DNA of 64,000 nt from Alphaproteobacteria bacterium (GCA_965232515.1 CBDDPY010000002.1:6464001-6528000), one strand, 5' to 3'. Positions 18,940 to 29,544 are shown, counted from the first letter of the stretch. Notes: generated from the sequence alone by a model not told the origin. A program made the numbers and translations.

Positions 18940-19413
18940 CTAGACACGGATGCCTTTTGGCTGGTCGCTTTCGGCGACGGGCGGGACGCCCACACCCTCG
19001 TCCGCCGGTGAATCGGCCGGGCTTGAAAACGTCGCTTTGAGCTCCTGGACGGTCGCCACGAACGCGTCGAACTCCTGCCGGAATGCAAGCCCGTCGAGGG
19101 CGTCGGTTTTGCAGCGGCGGCTGTAGACGACCAGCCCGGTCCGGTCGCACAGGCCCAGGTGGCCGCCGTCGGTGTCCAGGCCGAACAGATTGGCGCGCAG
19201 CAGGTTCGCCAGGAAGTCGATCAGGTCAGTGGGCGGCGGCCGCATAAGGGGTGAGAAGGTGTAAAGCCAGCCCTGATCGCCATCGAACTCGATGTTGCAT
19301 TCAAGCTCGTCGTCGACCAACAGGGAGCAGACGTTCCGCTCATTGAGCATGAGCGGGCCGGCGGCGACGGAATGTGCGAGTTCCTGCAACAGGCTGTTGA
19401 CGTGGTCACGCAT
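18940..19413 (-). CDS. CesT-like class I T3SS chaperone
   Basis: LMLNERNVCSLLVDD...LLRANLFGLDTDGGHLGL; ATG 19413 with GGAG RBS. Confidence 0.9.
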   Translation of the reverse strand: MRDHVNSLLQELAHSVAAGPLMLNERNVCSLLVDDELECNIEFDGDQGWLYTFSPLMRPPPTDLIDFLANLLRANLFGLDTDGGHLGLCDRTGLVVYSRRCKTDALDGLAFRQEFDAFVATVQELKATFSSPADSPADEGVGVPPVAESDQPKGIRV

Positions 19414-19492
19414 GGCGGCGGAGCTCCGACGGGAAGCGACGGGCGCGTCGTCTCGGTGGTGCCAGCCTAGCGGCCCCGGCGGCGGGCCATAA

Positions 19493-19508
19493 CGGACCAT
19501 TCTCGGAC
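19493..19508 (-). promoter_or_regulatory. Direct-repeat box
   Basis: Minus strand GTCCGAGAATGGTCCG, TAGGCT 23 nt downstream. Confidence 0.7.
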
Positions 19509-19560
19509 CGGTCTTTTCGCCCGTGGCTGCAATCTGCCGGCGCGGCGGACATCCGGATTC

Positions 19561-19576
19561 GTCCAAGCATCGTCCA
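19561..19576 (+). promoter_or_regulatory. Variant direct-repeat box upstream of the 1876 aa gene
   Basis: GTCCAAGCATCGTCCA, preceded by an ATCCG half-site. Confidence 0.5.
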
Positions 19577-19662
19577 TTTCGGGCGATCAACACCGCATCG
19601 GCGCGGCTGTACCGTGCAGCCAGACGCGGCCGTCAGCCCGCTCGTGCGAAGGATGAAGACCC

Positions 19663-22600
19663 ATGCCCCCCAAGTTTCCCAACGTGACAGACCAGAACGC
19701 TCAGTTGGAAATGCGGACTGCCATCGCTCACGAACGGGCGATCAGCCCGATCGCCATCGAGCGAGAAAAGGGGCAGGGCTGGGCGGCGAAGGTAGAGTTT
19801 TCAGAGCAGATCCAGAACTCGCCGTTGAAGTCGCGGATCAAGCGGGCGGACGTGGCCAAGTTCGATCTGGTCATGCCGAGAGCCGACCTCGATGTCGATG
19901 GCGGCATCCGCCAGGGCTTTCGCCGCAACGCCATCAACAAATTCCGCAATCATAACAGCGCCCCCGCGCGTCAGGAAAACGTGCCATTGCCGGCGGACAA
20001 GGGACCGCGGAAGGGCGCCGGCAACGACGACGTCGGCCTGGAATACGGCGACGACCGCCCCCAGGTTCCACCACGGCCCGCCCAGGACGAAGAACCGGCC
20101 AACGGCAACTGGCAGGCCGTTATTCACGGTGCCGCCTACGACGCCGACAGCGGCGCTGTCGCGAGCCTTCAAGTCTCGGCCTGGGACGACCATGCACCGG
20201 CCGGCCTCGCCGCCAAGGTCAACGCCTATGATGAGCCGGCGGCCGTGGAGGCCTATTTCGAGCCGCAGGCAGGTTCGGCGCCGAAGCCGGCCGGCGACCG
20301 GGCGCCGCGCGCCTTCGACCCCCTGGGGCGGGACTTCCGCTACCAGCAACTGGTGAACTTCGCCCACAACACCCACACCCTGGTCGGCGACAGCAGGGAC
20401 GAGAAGGAACTGGCGAGCAAGGAAGAGGTCTACCGGTTCAACCACTACAAAAGCGCGCTCAACCGCATCGACCCCCAGTTCGCGGTAAGAAACCGCGGCG
20501 TCGATGTCGACAGCCCGTTCTACCGCACAAGTGAACGCACCGACATCCACAAGGATATGGGGCGGGCGTTCTTCCATGAGCGGATGCGCGCGGCGGGCTA
20601 TATCTCGCCGGACCTCCGCGAGGAGTACAAGAACCTGACGATGGAAGAGCGCGTGACGCTGGCGCACGCGGAGCTCAAGCACAAGATCGGCGACATGAGC
20701 AAGTCGGAGCGTCGCGCGATGGCCGTCGACATGGCGCGGATCAAGGCCTGCAGGGTCGCGACGAAGCGCCATCAGGACGACCGCAAGAACGTTCGAATGG
20801 AGGTTCCCGACCGAAAAGACCCGCACCGCTGGGGGATGAAGGAATCGATCGCGAAGGCCATGGACGGCAGCGAAAAGAGCCGGGATAAATTCAAGAACCT
20901 GCCCAGCCGCGCCGTCAAAAAGGGGCTGAAGGAAATCGAGTTCTGGGCCGAACCCCTGGGTAAAGAAGAAGTCGCGAAACTGAAGCAGGACTTCAAGGAC
21001 TGGTGCTGGGAGTACAACACGTCACTGGAACCTCAGATCGCCGCGCGCGAGGAACGCCGCACGGCCATGTCACGAAGCGTGCTGCAGGAACTCGGCATGC
21101 CGGTGACGTTGCTCGAAGCGGAAGACGCCGAACGCATTGCCGATGCGGCGGAAGAGGAGTTCGCCAAGGCCCGCGACTTCAGCCTCTGGAAGTCGGTGGT
21201 GGCCTCCGCGGCCAACCTGTTGACGTTCGGCGGTGCGAAACACCTCAGTGCGTGGGTGCGGCGCCATGCCGAGAACGTCGGCACCGAGAAGAATGCGCAA
21301 AAGCTCCAATCGCAGCTCAACCGAACGATCGAAGATCGCGCGGACCTGTACCTGTACGAAGAAAACGTTCAGCGCACCAAGGACTGGGTCCTCGAGCAGT
21401 ACAAGTTCGAGCCCGAGGACATACGCAAGTTCGGTCACGAAAAGCTGTTCGATCCATTGGGCTTCTATGCGGCGATCGGCAACTTCACGAAGGAAGAAGT
21501 CATCGCCAACATCAGGGAACAGGTGGCCCGTTCGGAGGGCCACGACTTGAACAACCCGCCGGTGGACAGTGACGATCCGGCGGAGCACGAGCGGTACCTC
21601 GCCTACAAGGAGTTCGAACGGTTTCTGGAGCCGATCACCGCCGGAATCTTCGAAGGCATGTGCCAGGCTCTCCACGAGTCGGCCGGGGACCAACTGAAGC
21701 TGCGTGCCATCGCCGCCGCGACCAACGATGCCGACAACTACGTCGTGGTATCGAACGCGATGATGCGGCTGAACTGCGAATACGTCTGGCGGCAGGTCGG
21801 GAACATGTTCTCGGACTACAACGGCCCGGTGCGCCGCGCTGGCCGCCTCCACAACATCGAGATGTCGAGCCGTGAGGTCGCGGCGATCGACGGCGATCTC
21901 GAGAGCTCCAAGAAGGACGGCGTCATTGTGGACCCGTTCTCTGGCGGTCACGGCGGCGACGGCGACGAAACGCAAGAGATCATGTTGCCGGTCGCCGGTG
22001 CGCGCCGTGAGGCCCTGGTGGAAAACGTCAAGGTGGCCAAGTCGGACATCGAGGAAGCCGAGCGGGTCGCCAAGGAATTGAACAACCTCTTTGGCGGCAG
22101 CGACGATCCGAACTCGATGCTCGGCATGCAAGCGACACTGGACAAAGCGCTCTTCGACCTGACCTTCGATACGGCCCGTCCGGCCGAGAGTTTGGACGAC
22201 GTGTCGGCGCGATATGCGCCGTTCGGTGCGAAGATCGATGCCTTGAGAGAAAGGGCGGAAGACGTCCGGAAATTGCTACAGCCCGATTGGCAGGACAGGC
22301 TCGACGTGATGCTCGACGATTTCGAGTCGCAAGTGGACAACCTCGAAGACCTGCACAGGCGAATCGTAAGTCTGGAGGACACGCTCGCTCAGGCGCAATC
22401 GGCCCGGCAAATCGATGACGATTCGATACGGCGCTTTCGGCGCGAGATGACATTGGCTTCCGATCGCCTGGCGCGGACGGTCGACGGCGTCGGCGGCGAT
22501 CCGAAGATCGTGAAGACCTGCCTGAAAACGCTGGAAAGCGGCATGGTCTCCCTGATGAAGAGCACGCGGGACATGTATGTGGCCGCCGAAGCCGCCGAAC

Positions 22601-25293
22601 AGCGCCTGGATCAGCTCGAGCATGATGTCAAAAGCGGCAAGACGTCCCTGAGAGAGGCGAGCCAGGCCGCCCTGGGGACCTACGGCACGTTCATGACCAA
22701 CCATGGCGCTTACGCGAAGGCGACTCAGCGCAGGCCGGCATTCGCCGACAAGTTCGATGCCATGCCGCTGCAGCTCGAGGCGCAGATGGCCCGGCTGCTT
22801 CCGGCGGCGCTCGGCATCGAGATGAAGCACGACGAGACGCTTTCGCCTGAAGCGGTTCACACCTTCATGGATATGGCGGCCGCAGGCGTCGCGGATGACG
22901 TCCTGGTCGACAATTTCAAGTTCTATATCGACCGGCTCTCCGAGGACAAGGATGTCACGCTCCGGGATGTCGACGATACCCTGTCGATGATCGGCGCGCC
23001 CGGTCAAGGTGACGGTGCCCAGGACCGGCCCTTGAGGCTTTTTGCCTCACAGGCCTTTGACGACAAGCCTGAAGCCGAGCTCATCTTCTGCGTCCGAATG
23101 CTGCGTCAGCGAGGCCGTTCGGAGGCAGAGCTGCGCGCCCTGGAGCATGCCTATTTCGCCAAGGCCGCGGAGACCGCCGTGGTCGAGAGCCAGGAATCCG
23201 TGGAGACTGCGCGCGCGGCCCTTTCCGCTCAGGCGGCGCCGGCCCGGGAGCCTGCCGCAGGGACCGGCGTCGACGATGACGGCATTCCTGTCATCGAAGA
23301 CTATTTCGACCGCGTCGATCCCCATCGGGTTGTTGGTTCTGACGACGATCAATTCGTCATCAGCGATGTCGACGATGCGCCCGTCACCGTCACCAACAAG
23401 ATCATCGACGATGTGGTGGCGATGGCGCCGGACCACCCCTTGTTCGAATCGGTTGGCATGGACTGGGTCAGGCTGGCGGCGCAGAACCTGAAGGATCTGT
23501 TGAATCCCGAAAAGGTGGATTCACAGCCTGCCGAGGACATGGCCCGGGCGCGGACCTTCGCCCGCATGTTCGGTTCCGTCACCGGAAAGAACATCGGCGA
23601 ACTGCGCACGACCATTCAGCAGGGCCAGGCGACAGAGATCGAAAACCAGATCGCCGCGCAGCTCAGCTTCGATGTGAAGAACGATCTCAACGATGCAAAA
23701 AAAATGAAGCAGGTCGCCACCAACGCGGTCGTCGACAAGGAGAATGCGCCGGGCATGCGGCACCTGAACTGGCGCAGCGACAACGTGCTGAAGCTGATGC
23801 ACGAGCAGCGCCAGGAAGCCCAGCTCGTTGAAGGCGCCGTGATCAAGCCGTTGAAGGCGTTCGCTGAGTTGCTCGACGGCAAGAACGTGGAGACGCCCGA
23901 GCAGGTTCGGGAACTGTTGGAGAGCAAGCAGTTCCGCTCCAAGGCCAGGGTGCTGGAGCAACTGTGTCGCTTCGACGATGCCTATAGCGACATCGAGGAC
24001 AGTGATGACCGCGGCGACCGCAGCGCCACCTATGACTTGAACCTGATGGCGTTGAAGCAGATTGCGCCAGACGTTCGCGGCTTCGATCCGGCCAGGATGG
24101 AAGCCGGGAACCGGTTCATCAACAAGATGAAAATCTGGTGGAACGAAGAGGATCCGCGAAAGACGGCTGAAAATGTGCTCGACGATCGGAACCGGCAGGT
24201 CGCCGAACGATTCGAGAATGTCTGGGCACACCTGAAAATGCTCAACGCCATCGCCGCGTCGAACGACCTGCTGGTGGAGGATCTGAAGAACCTGCAAGGC
24301 CAGCGCGACGCGCTGCTAAGCAAGGTACAGCTCCACTGCCAGGATCAGCTCGTGACGCTGGCGATCATGGAGGAGTTCAAGGCCTCCGGCCTCGACCTCG
24401 ATCAGTTCAAACTGGACGCCGCTGCCGTCGACAACATCAAGGACCGCCTGCAGAGCTGGGGCCAGCGTTCCGCGTGGGACAGCTTTATCACCCGGAACGA
24501 AGAGCTGCTGGAAGGCCGCCTGACGCGGCAAATCATGGACAAATGGCAGGCCGACTCCGTAGGGCTGCCGTCCGCACTGAAAGACGAGTATCGCCGGCTC
24601 AACGAAGCCCTGAACGACTTCGAGGAACTGATCCGGCAATACCAGGCGGACGGCAAGCAGTTCCTGGGCACGCCTCTCGATCCGGCCGTGGCCGGACAAT
24701 TCGACACGGACGAGGTGCAAGGCGCCGTAGAGGCGCTGCCGCGGGAAGCCGCTGCCCACACGTTTGGAGACATGCTCAGTGCCGGGGCGGCCTGGCATGA
24801 CCATGTCGATTGGCCGGGCGCGACCGCCGCCGACATGCGGCAGATGACGCCGGAGGCGTTCGCGAACGAACTCAAGAACGGTCTCGTCGGCTTCGCAGAC
24901 AAGGCCGGTAAGACGGACATGACGCGAAAGCAGACCGACGCACAGAACGCGAACGACAGGACATGGGCCAATGGCCTGGCGCAAATCGTCGACAAGGCCG
25001 AGCGCTTCAACGCCCTGGTTGCCGACACGTTGGAGAAGAAGGCCGCGCTCATTCCGCCGTCGCCGAGCCGGATGAAAGACCTGGAAGCCGCGGCGAAGGA
25101 GCTGAAGGACTCGGTCCGCGATCTCGATCCAAAGCAGCTGGATCAGATGAAGAGCCACCGCTATCGGAACAAGGGGTCGCGGCGCGCCCGGTACCGGGTG
25201 CCCACCAAGCACTTCCTGAACGCGGTCGACAAGGCGCTGTTCGAAAGCATCCCCCGGATGGCTGACCGGCAGTTGGCGCGGGTCAAGGCTTAG
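19663..25293 (+). CDS. Very large candidate T3SS effector, 1876 aa, mostly helical/coiled coil
   Basis: Long ORF with typical codon usage, AAGGA RBS, followed by a class I chaperone. Confidence 0.7.
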   Translation: MPPKFPNVTDQNAQLEMRTAIAHERAISPIAIEREKGQGWAAKVEFSEQIQNSPLKSRIKRADVAKFDLVMPRADLDVDGGIRQGFRRNAINKFRNHNSAPARQENVPLPADKGPRKGAGNDDVGLEYGDDRPQVPPRPAQDEEPANGNWQAVIHGAAYDADSGAVASLQVSAWDDHAPAGLAAKVNAYDEPAAVEAYFEPQAGSAPKPAGDRAPRAFDPLGRDFRYQQLVNFAHNTHTLVGDSRDEKELASKEEVYRFNHYKSALNRIDPQFAVRNRGVDVDSPFYRTSERTDIHKDMGRAFFHERMRAAGYISPDLREEYKNLTMEERVTLAHAELKHKIGDMSKSERRAMAVDMARIKACRVATKRHQDDRKNVRMEVPDRKDPHRWGMKESIAKAMDGSEKSRDKFKNLPSRAVKKGLKEIEFWAEPLGKEEVAKLKQDFKDWCWEYNTSLEPQIAAREERRTAMSRSVLQELGMPVTLLEAEDAERIADAAEEEFAKARDFSLWKSVVASAANLLTFGGAKHLSAWVRRHAENVGTEKNAQKLQSQLNRTIEDRADLYLYEENVQRTKDWVLEQYKFEPEDIRKFGHEKLFDPLGFYAAIGNFTKEEVIANIREQVARSEGHDLNNPPVDSDDPAEHERYLAYKEFERFLEPITAGIFEGMCQALHESAGDQLKLRAIAAATNDADNYVVVSNAMMRLNCEYVWRQVGNMFSDYNGPVRRAGRLHNIEMSSREVAAIDGDLESSKKDGVIVDPFSGGHGGDGDETQEIMLPVAGARREALVENVKVAKSDIEEAERVAKELNNLFGGSDDPNSMLGMQATLDKALFDLTFDTARPAESLDDVSARYAPFGAKIDALRERAEDVRKLLQPDWQDRLDVMLDDFESQVDNLEDLHRRIVSLEDTLAQAQSARQIDDDSIRRFRREMTLASDRLARTVDGVGGDPKIVKTCLKTLESGMVSLMKSTRDMYVAAEAAEQRLDQLEHDVKSGKTSLREASQAALGTYGTFMTNHGAYAKATQRRPAFADKFDAMPLQLEAQMARLLPAALGIEMKHDETLSPEAVHTFMDMAAAGVADDVLVDNFKFYIDRLSEDKDVTLRDVDDTLSMIGAPGQGDGAQDRPLRLFASQAFDDKPEAELIFCVRMLRQRGRSEAELRALEHAYFAKAAETAVVESQESVETARAALSAQAAPAREPAAGTGVDDDGIPVIEDYFDRVDPHRVVGSDDDQFVISDVDDAPVTVTNKIIDDVVAMAPDHPLFESVGMDWVRLAAQNLKDLLNPEKVDSQPAEDMARARTFARMFGSVTGKNIGELRTTIQQGQATEIENQIAAQLSFDVKNDLNDAKKMKQVATNAVVDKENAPGMRHLNWRSDNVLKLMHEQRQEAQLVEGAVIKPLKAFAELLDGKNVETPEQVRELLESKQFRSKARVLEQLCRFDDAYSDIEDSDDRGDRSATYDLNLMALKQIAPDVRGFDPARMEAGNRFINKMKIWWNEEDPRKTAENVLDDRNRQVAERFENVWAHLKMLNAIAASNDLLVEDLKNLQGQRDALLSKVQLHCQDQLVTLAIMEEFKASGLDLDQFKLDAAAVDNIKDRLQSWGQRSAWDSFITRNEELLEGRLTRQIMDKWQADSVGLPSALKDEYRRLNEALNDFEELIRQYQADGKQFLGTPLDPAVAGQFDTDEVQGAVEALPREAAAHTFGDMLSAGAAWHDHVDWPGATAADMRQMTPEAFANELKNGLVGFADKAGKTDMTRKQTDAQNANDRTWANGLAQIVDKAERFNALVADTLEKKAALIPPSPSRMKDLEAAAKELKDSVRDLDPKQLDQMKSHRYRNKGSRRARYRVPTKHFLNAVDKALFESIPRMADRQLARVKA

Positions 25294-25355
25294 CCGTCGA
25301 GCGGGGCCCGGACGCCGGCGCCCCGTTTCCCGCGTCGCCAATGAAAGGACAAGAC

Positions 25356-25829
25356 ATGCAAGATTTCCGTGAAGACCTATTCGAGCATACGACGCAGGTT
25401 CTGGCCCTGCTGGGCGACGCGCTGGACGTCGATATGCGCCTCGATCAGGAGGGGAGCTGCTTCTTCGAGCACGACAACGGCTGGCGCATGGGCGTCATGC
25501 TCGCCGGCGAAGACCAGCTCGTGGCCGCCGTTTCGGTGCTGCCGAACGTCACGCCCCCGAGCGACGCGCGGCTGGCGTCGATCCTGACCGAGTTCAACTG
25601 GCTGGGCGGGCGGACCAACGGCGCCGCGCTGTCATGGAATCCTGCCGGCAACAGTTTCGTGGTATGGCGTTCCCGGGACGCGGAGACCGCGACCCCGGTC
25701 GACATCAACGCCGATCTGCTCCGACTGGTGGAAACGGCGGAGGACCTCCGGCCGGCCCTGTTTGCCGAACTGGAAGAGAACGCTCCGGCCCGCGACGATC
25801 AAGCGCCGCAAACGGCGCAGCGGGTCTAG
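25356..25829 (+). CDS. CesT-like class I T3SS chaperone
   Basis: MRLDQEGSCFF...ILTEFNWLGGRTNGAALSW; AAAGGA RBS. Confidence 0.85.
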   Translation: MQDFREDLFEHTTQVLALLGDALDVDMRLDQEGSCFFEHDNGWRMGVMLAGEDQLVAAVSVLPNVTPPSDARLASILTEFNWLGGRTNGAALSWNPAGNSFVVWRSRDAETATPVDINADLLRLVETAEDLRPALFAELEENAPARDDQAPQTAQRV

Positions 25830-25871
25830 CGTTTATAGGGGATCCGTAGTCGGCATTCGCGAGCATCAAAA

Positions 25872-26034
25872 CGTCATTCCGGAAGCCGGTTCGCCCGAAA
25901 TCTACGATTTCGTTGGCGAACCGAGCTGTCCGAAATCTAGGAGAAGCCGACCTCGCCCGTCGGCCTTAGATTCCAAATCGCGAACTTTCCCAGCCAAATC
26001 GAAGATTTGGGGGAAAATTGCGTCCGGAATGACG
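25872..26034. repeat. CGTC-family palindromic (REP/RPE-like) element between convergent genes
   Basis: Terminal inverted repeat CGTCATTCCGGA / TCCGGAATGACG with internal hairpins (CGAAATC-TAC-GATTTCG; CCAAATC-GAA-GATTTGG). Confidence 0.75.
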
Positions 26035-26062
26035 AGTTCTGGCCGACGAACGTCGATTGGTG

Positions 26063-28126
26063 CTAGTCGTCGTCAACCGGGTCCTTGGCTGCCGGCTTTA
26101 TGGATAGCTGCAGCTCGATTTCGGACGGTGCCCGCGAATGCGGCGGATTTTGCGGCGGCATGTCGTCCGCGTCGGGCTCGGGCTGGGGCGCGGGGACATT
26201 GATGTCGTCTTCCCGGATACGCTCGAGGGCGGTGGCCAGATTGGGTTCGTGCGCACTGCCGGCCGCGTCCGATGCGCCCCGTTCGGATGCCCTCAACACA
26301 TCCGCATAAGGGTGCGCCGCCGCCAGCTCGACACTGTCGTCTTCCAGCAGTGCCGGCCGCAACACGCTTCGCGGCGGCGCGCCGATGGAAGGCAGCAGCG
26401 AGCCAGGGGCGTCGGCGCTGCGCCGGGACACTCGGGCGTTGCGGGCGAACGTCAGGTCATGGTTCAGCGCTGCCAGGGCGTCCGACGCGGATCCGCCCGC
26501 CTGCAACAGCAGGGAAGCGTTATTCATCGCGGTGTGCAGGTTGGTAAGCGGCAACCAACGGCGCTGTTCCGTGGCGCCGCGACCGGCAACCACCTTTTCG
26601 AGGTGCCCGGTATAAGTCGACAGGTTTTCGAACGGCCGCGCGTCCCAGCTCAGGATGCTGACCGAGCCCTCGACGTTCTGGCGGTTGCGAACGCCGATCT
26701 GCTGGTTGGCCGCGCGCATTTCCTCGATCAGCTCTCTGCGCACCGCCCTGATTTCCGGCCTCGACGCACCGCTCAGTGCGAGCATCGCAACGGTCCGGCG
26801 CACCTGCGCCGCCTGCCAGGATGTGAGCTCCCGGCTACCCAGGTTGCGCAGGCCCCGCCAGAACCCCCGGCGAATGCCGGTTCTGGAAACGTGCAGCAGG
26901 TCGCTGCAGCGCCGGAGCCGATCCGCAAGGGTATGGGCGTTCTCGCCGCGCGCCAGCAGATTGGCCAGATAGTCGGGCGGCAGGCTGTCCATGATCTCGC
27001 GGCCGCGGGTGTCGTGCGCCTCGACCAGGGCATCGGTGATGATCTGCCGTGGCATAACGAACGACGCCGATTTCGGCGCGCGATCGAAGCGGTCCAGTGC
27101 CGCGAGGTAGTCTCTTGCATCTGCTGCGAGCGGACCGCGCAGCCGGCCTGCTTCGGCGATATCGCGCGCACGCTCGTCCGCACCCGGGTTGCCCAACTGG
27201 CTGTGAACGTCGGCGAAGATCGAGTTGGCCAAGTCGCAGGCTTTTGCTTCCATGTAGGCCCGCGACGCCGGGTCTGCGCTCGGCTGGCCGCGGCCAGGCA
27301 GCCAGCCGTTCCGCTTGCCCGCCTGAACGAGCTCATGCAGCGTCTGCAAGTCGCGGCCCAGTCTGGCGCGCGCGCGTGCGCCGAATACCGGCTCGAGGCT
27401 GCGATCGTTCGATAAGTCCGTGTACAGATCTTCCAGTTGGCGGACCGCGCTGTCGGCGGGCGGCAGCTTTGGGCGCATGGCCCTAATGAATGCCACGGCG
27501 TCGGCTTTTTGTTCCGCGTAGGCCCGCTCGGCGTCCCGCAGTATGATTGAGGTCGCTGCGGTTTGGCCTTCGACGAGGCGCAGTCGCGCACGCGTTCCGA
27601 TGGACCCCATCAACGCACGCGCGTCTTGCGCTTCCCGGCTGTCGTCGTCCAGTCCGGCTTTTTGCAGGCCATGCAACAGATCTTCGGCCAGTCGTTGGTC
27701 CCGTACCATGTCCAGAAGATCCCGGTCGGACACGTCGGGCTTGTCTGTGAATTCATCCTCCAGATCGGAAGCGACCCTTGGGTTCGCGCGGTCGCTCAGC
27801 GAACCGACCAGGTTCTCCAACGCGCGCCATGTCGAAGTGAGATCATCGCGGGCATCTGGTGGACGCGTCCAGGTGATCCGCCCATCGGCTTCATACCCCG
27901 GCCCCTTCCGCTCGAACTTCGCGCTCGGTACGGCCGATGGATCGAAGGCGTCGGCCAGCGTCTTTACCGTCGCGACAGCTCCGAGGCTTGCCGGCGATGG
28001 CGCAACACTGGTGCGCTGCCTGATGTCGAGGCTGTTCCGGTCTTCGGCCGACGTCGTCGCAGCCGTGTCGGTATCCGGCACGCGGGGCTGCAAGCCATTG
28101 ATCGATCCTACGCCACCGCCAGTCAT
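26063..28126 (-). CDS. Candidate T3SS effector, 687 aa
   Basis: MTGGGVGSINGLQP... G/S/T-rich N-terminus; 10 nt downstream of a chaperone. Confidence 0.65.
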   Translation of the reverse strand: MTGGGVGSINGLQPRVPDTDTAATTSAEDRNSLDIRQRTSVAPSPASLGAVATVKTLADAFDPSAVPSAKFERKGPGYEADGRITWTRPPDARDDLTSTWRALENLVGSLSDRANPRVASDLEDEFTDKPDVSDRDLLDMVRDQRLAEDLLHGLQKAGLDDDSREAQDARALMGSIGTRARLRLVEGQTAATSIILRDAERAYAEQKADAVAFIRAMRPKLPPADSAVRQLEDLYTDLSNDRSLEPVFGARARARLGRDLQTLHELVQAGKRNGWLPGRGQPSADPASRAYMEAKACDLANSIFADVHSQLGNPGADERARDIAEAGRLRGPLAADARDYLAALDRFDRAPKSASFVMPRQIITDALVEAHDTRGREIMDSLPPDYLANLLARGENAHTLADRLRRCSDLLHVSRTGIRRGFWRGLRNLGSRELTSWQAAQVRRTVAMLALSGASRPEIRAVRRELIEEMRAANQQIGVRNRQNVEGSVSILSWDARPFENLSTYTGHLEKVVAGRGATEQRRWLPLTNLHTAMNNASLLLQAGGSASDALAALNHDLTFARNARVSRRSADAPGSLLPSIGAPPRSVLRPALLEDDSVELAAAHPYADVLRASERGASDAAGSAHEPNLATALERIREDDINVPAPQPEPDADDMPPQNPPHSRAPSEIELQLSIKPAAKDPVDDD

Positions 28127-28136
28127 GATCGCTTTC

Positions 28137-28607
28137 TCAACCCCTCAGATAGCCATGAACGTCCGGGCGTGGACGTAACGGCCAAACCGCGCGGTTATTG
28201 GCTAGATCGCGCAGCGTTGAAATCTCCCGGCGGAGGTTGTCAGTCACCGCGAAGAAATTGCTGACCAGCGAAATCATGTCCACGCCGCCGGCTGTCGTTA
28301 TGTCGACCACGTAGCGATAGACGATCACTTCACCGCTTTCGTCCAAACTGACGGTACCGCCGCGCAGCCTTTCGTTGTCTCCGTTCAACCGCAGCAGCCC
28401 GGCCAGCATCGACGGATCGTCCTGATGATGGAGGAATCCGACAACCCCGCTCAGGGTAAACGCGCTGCCTGTCGGCGGTACGTTGATGACGCATTCACCG
28501 CCGCCTTCGCGCTCAAGCACGCACTCGCCATCCTTGTCGAGAGCGAAGCCGCCGTCGGCGCCCGCACTGAACGCTGCAAGCGCACCGTTCACGCGCTCAA
28601 TCGACAT
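28137..28607 (-). CDS. CesT-like class I T3SS chaperone
   Basis: FALDKDGECVL...LLRLNGDNERLRGGTVSLD; ATG 28607 with GGGAG RBS. Confidence 0.85.
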   Translation of the reverse strand: MSIERVNGALAAFSAGADGGFALDKDGECVLEREGGGECVINVPPTGSAFTLSGVVGFLHHQDDPSMLAGLLRLNGDNERLRGGTVSLDESGEVIVYRYVVDITTAGGVDMISLVSNFFAVTDNLRREISTLRDLANNRAVWPLRPRPDVHGYLRG

Positions 28608-29544
28608 CGTGTTTTGCTCCCCATCCGCCGCGACCGACCGTGCTGGGCGATGCGTGCGGGCCGTCGTCCGGCGCTCGCTGCAAAAGCCAGACATTGCCGC
28701 AAACCGGGGCTCCGCCTTGCGTCCGCAGCACGGCATATCGCCATTCCACGATCGCAAAACCCGCAGATCGCGCGCACTCGTGAATGTACGAACTGGAATG
28801 GGCGTATCGGCCGTTCTTTTGCAGCGACCAGCCGTTGCCGCTGGTCGTTTCGACAGTGAAGGCAAAAAACCCGCTCGGCCGAAGCGCCTGCCAAACATCT
28901 GAGAAGAGCGTATCCAAATCGCCGAGATAGACCAGCACGTCCGACCCGATGCAAAGGTCGATCGTCCCGCGTTGCTGCCGAAGGACGTCGACAAAGTCGG
29001 CCTCTACCAGGCGGTCGTAGCACTGCTTTTGCGCCGCCAGCGCCAACATCTTAGGTGACAGGTCGACACCGATCAGCGTGCCGGCGATGGGCTTGAACAA
29101 GGGGCCGCAGATGCCCGTGCCGCAGCCGACATCGAGGATGACCGGCGCCGACGGCAACGTGCGCTCCGCGACAATGCCGATCAGAAGATTTGGCGCGCGG
29201 TACGACAAATCAATCATGAGGTGGCGCTCGAACTCGTCTGAGTAGTCGTCAAACAGCGCCTTCACATAGTGCGGCGACGCCCGCGTCGGCCGTCGCCCCA
29301 GCCGCGCCAGAAACAGGTGCATGTTGGCGCGAATGGCCGGCAGACAGCGACGAAACACCACGGCCAGTGCAGCCAGGACCAGAAACAGGTGGATCAGGCT
29401 CTGCGCATGCAAGGACAAGCTGGCTGTGTAGGAGGCCGCGACCATGCTCAAGCTGACGATCAGGATCGCGTCCCAGAACGCTGTGAGACATCGCCGCAAC
29501 GACGCCAATGCCTGCCACGGGCTGCTGGATGTGTTCTCGCTCAA
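28597..29544 (-). CDS. Class I SAM-dependent methyltransferase (COG4976-like) with N-terminal hydrophobic helices
   Basis: YVKALFDDY...F..HL...L.YRAP, ILDVGCGTGICG, GVDLSPKML, DVLVYLGDL, GRYAHS; start uncertain. Confidence 0.88.
   Translation of the reverse strand: MSENTSSSPWQALASLRRCLTAFWDAILIVSLSMVAASYTASLSLHAQSLIHLFLVLAALAVVFRRCLPAIRANMHLFLARLGRRPTRASPHYVKALFDDYSDEFERHLMIDLSYRAPNLLIGIVAERTLPSAPVILDVGCGTGICGPLFKPIAGTLIGVDLSPKMLALAAQKQCYDRLVEADFVDVLRQQRGTIDLCIGSDVLVYLGDLDTLFSDVWQALRPSGFFAFTVETTSGNGWSLQKNGRYAHSSSYIHECARSAGFAIVEWRYAVLRTQGGAPVCGNVWLLQRAPDDGPHASPSTVGRGGWGAKHDVD

Noticed and set aside
18573-19088. NGLVNRY heptapeptide shared with the N-terminus of the 15181 protein
   Set aside because: It lies in a frame overlapping real genes, the codons differ and the flanks do not align; treated as chance, though a decayed paralogous N-terminus cannot be excluded
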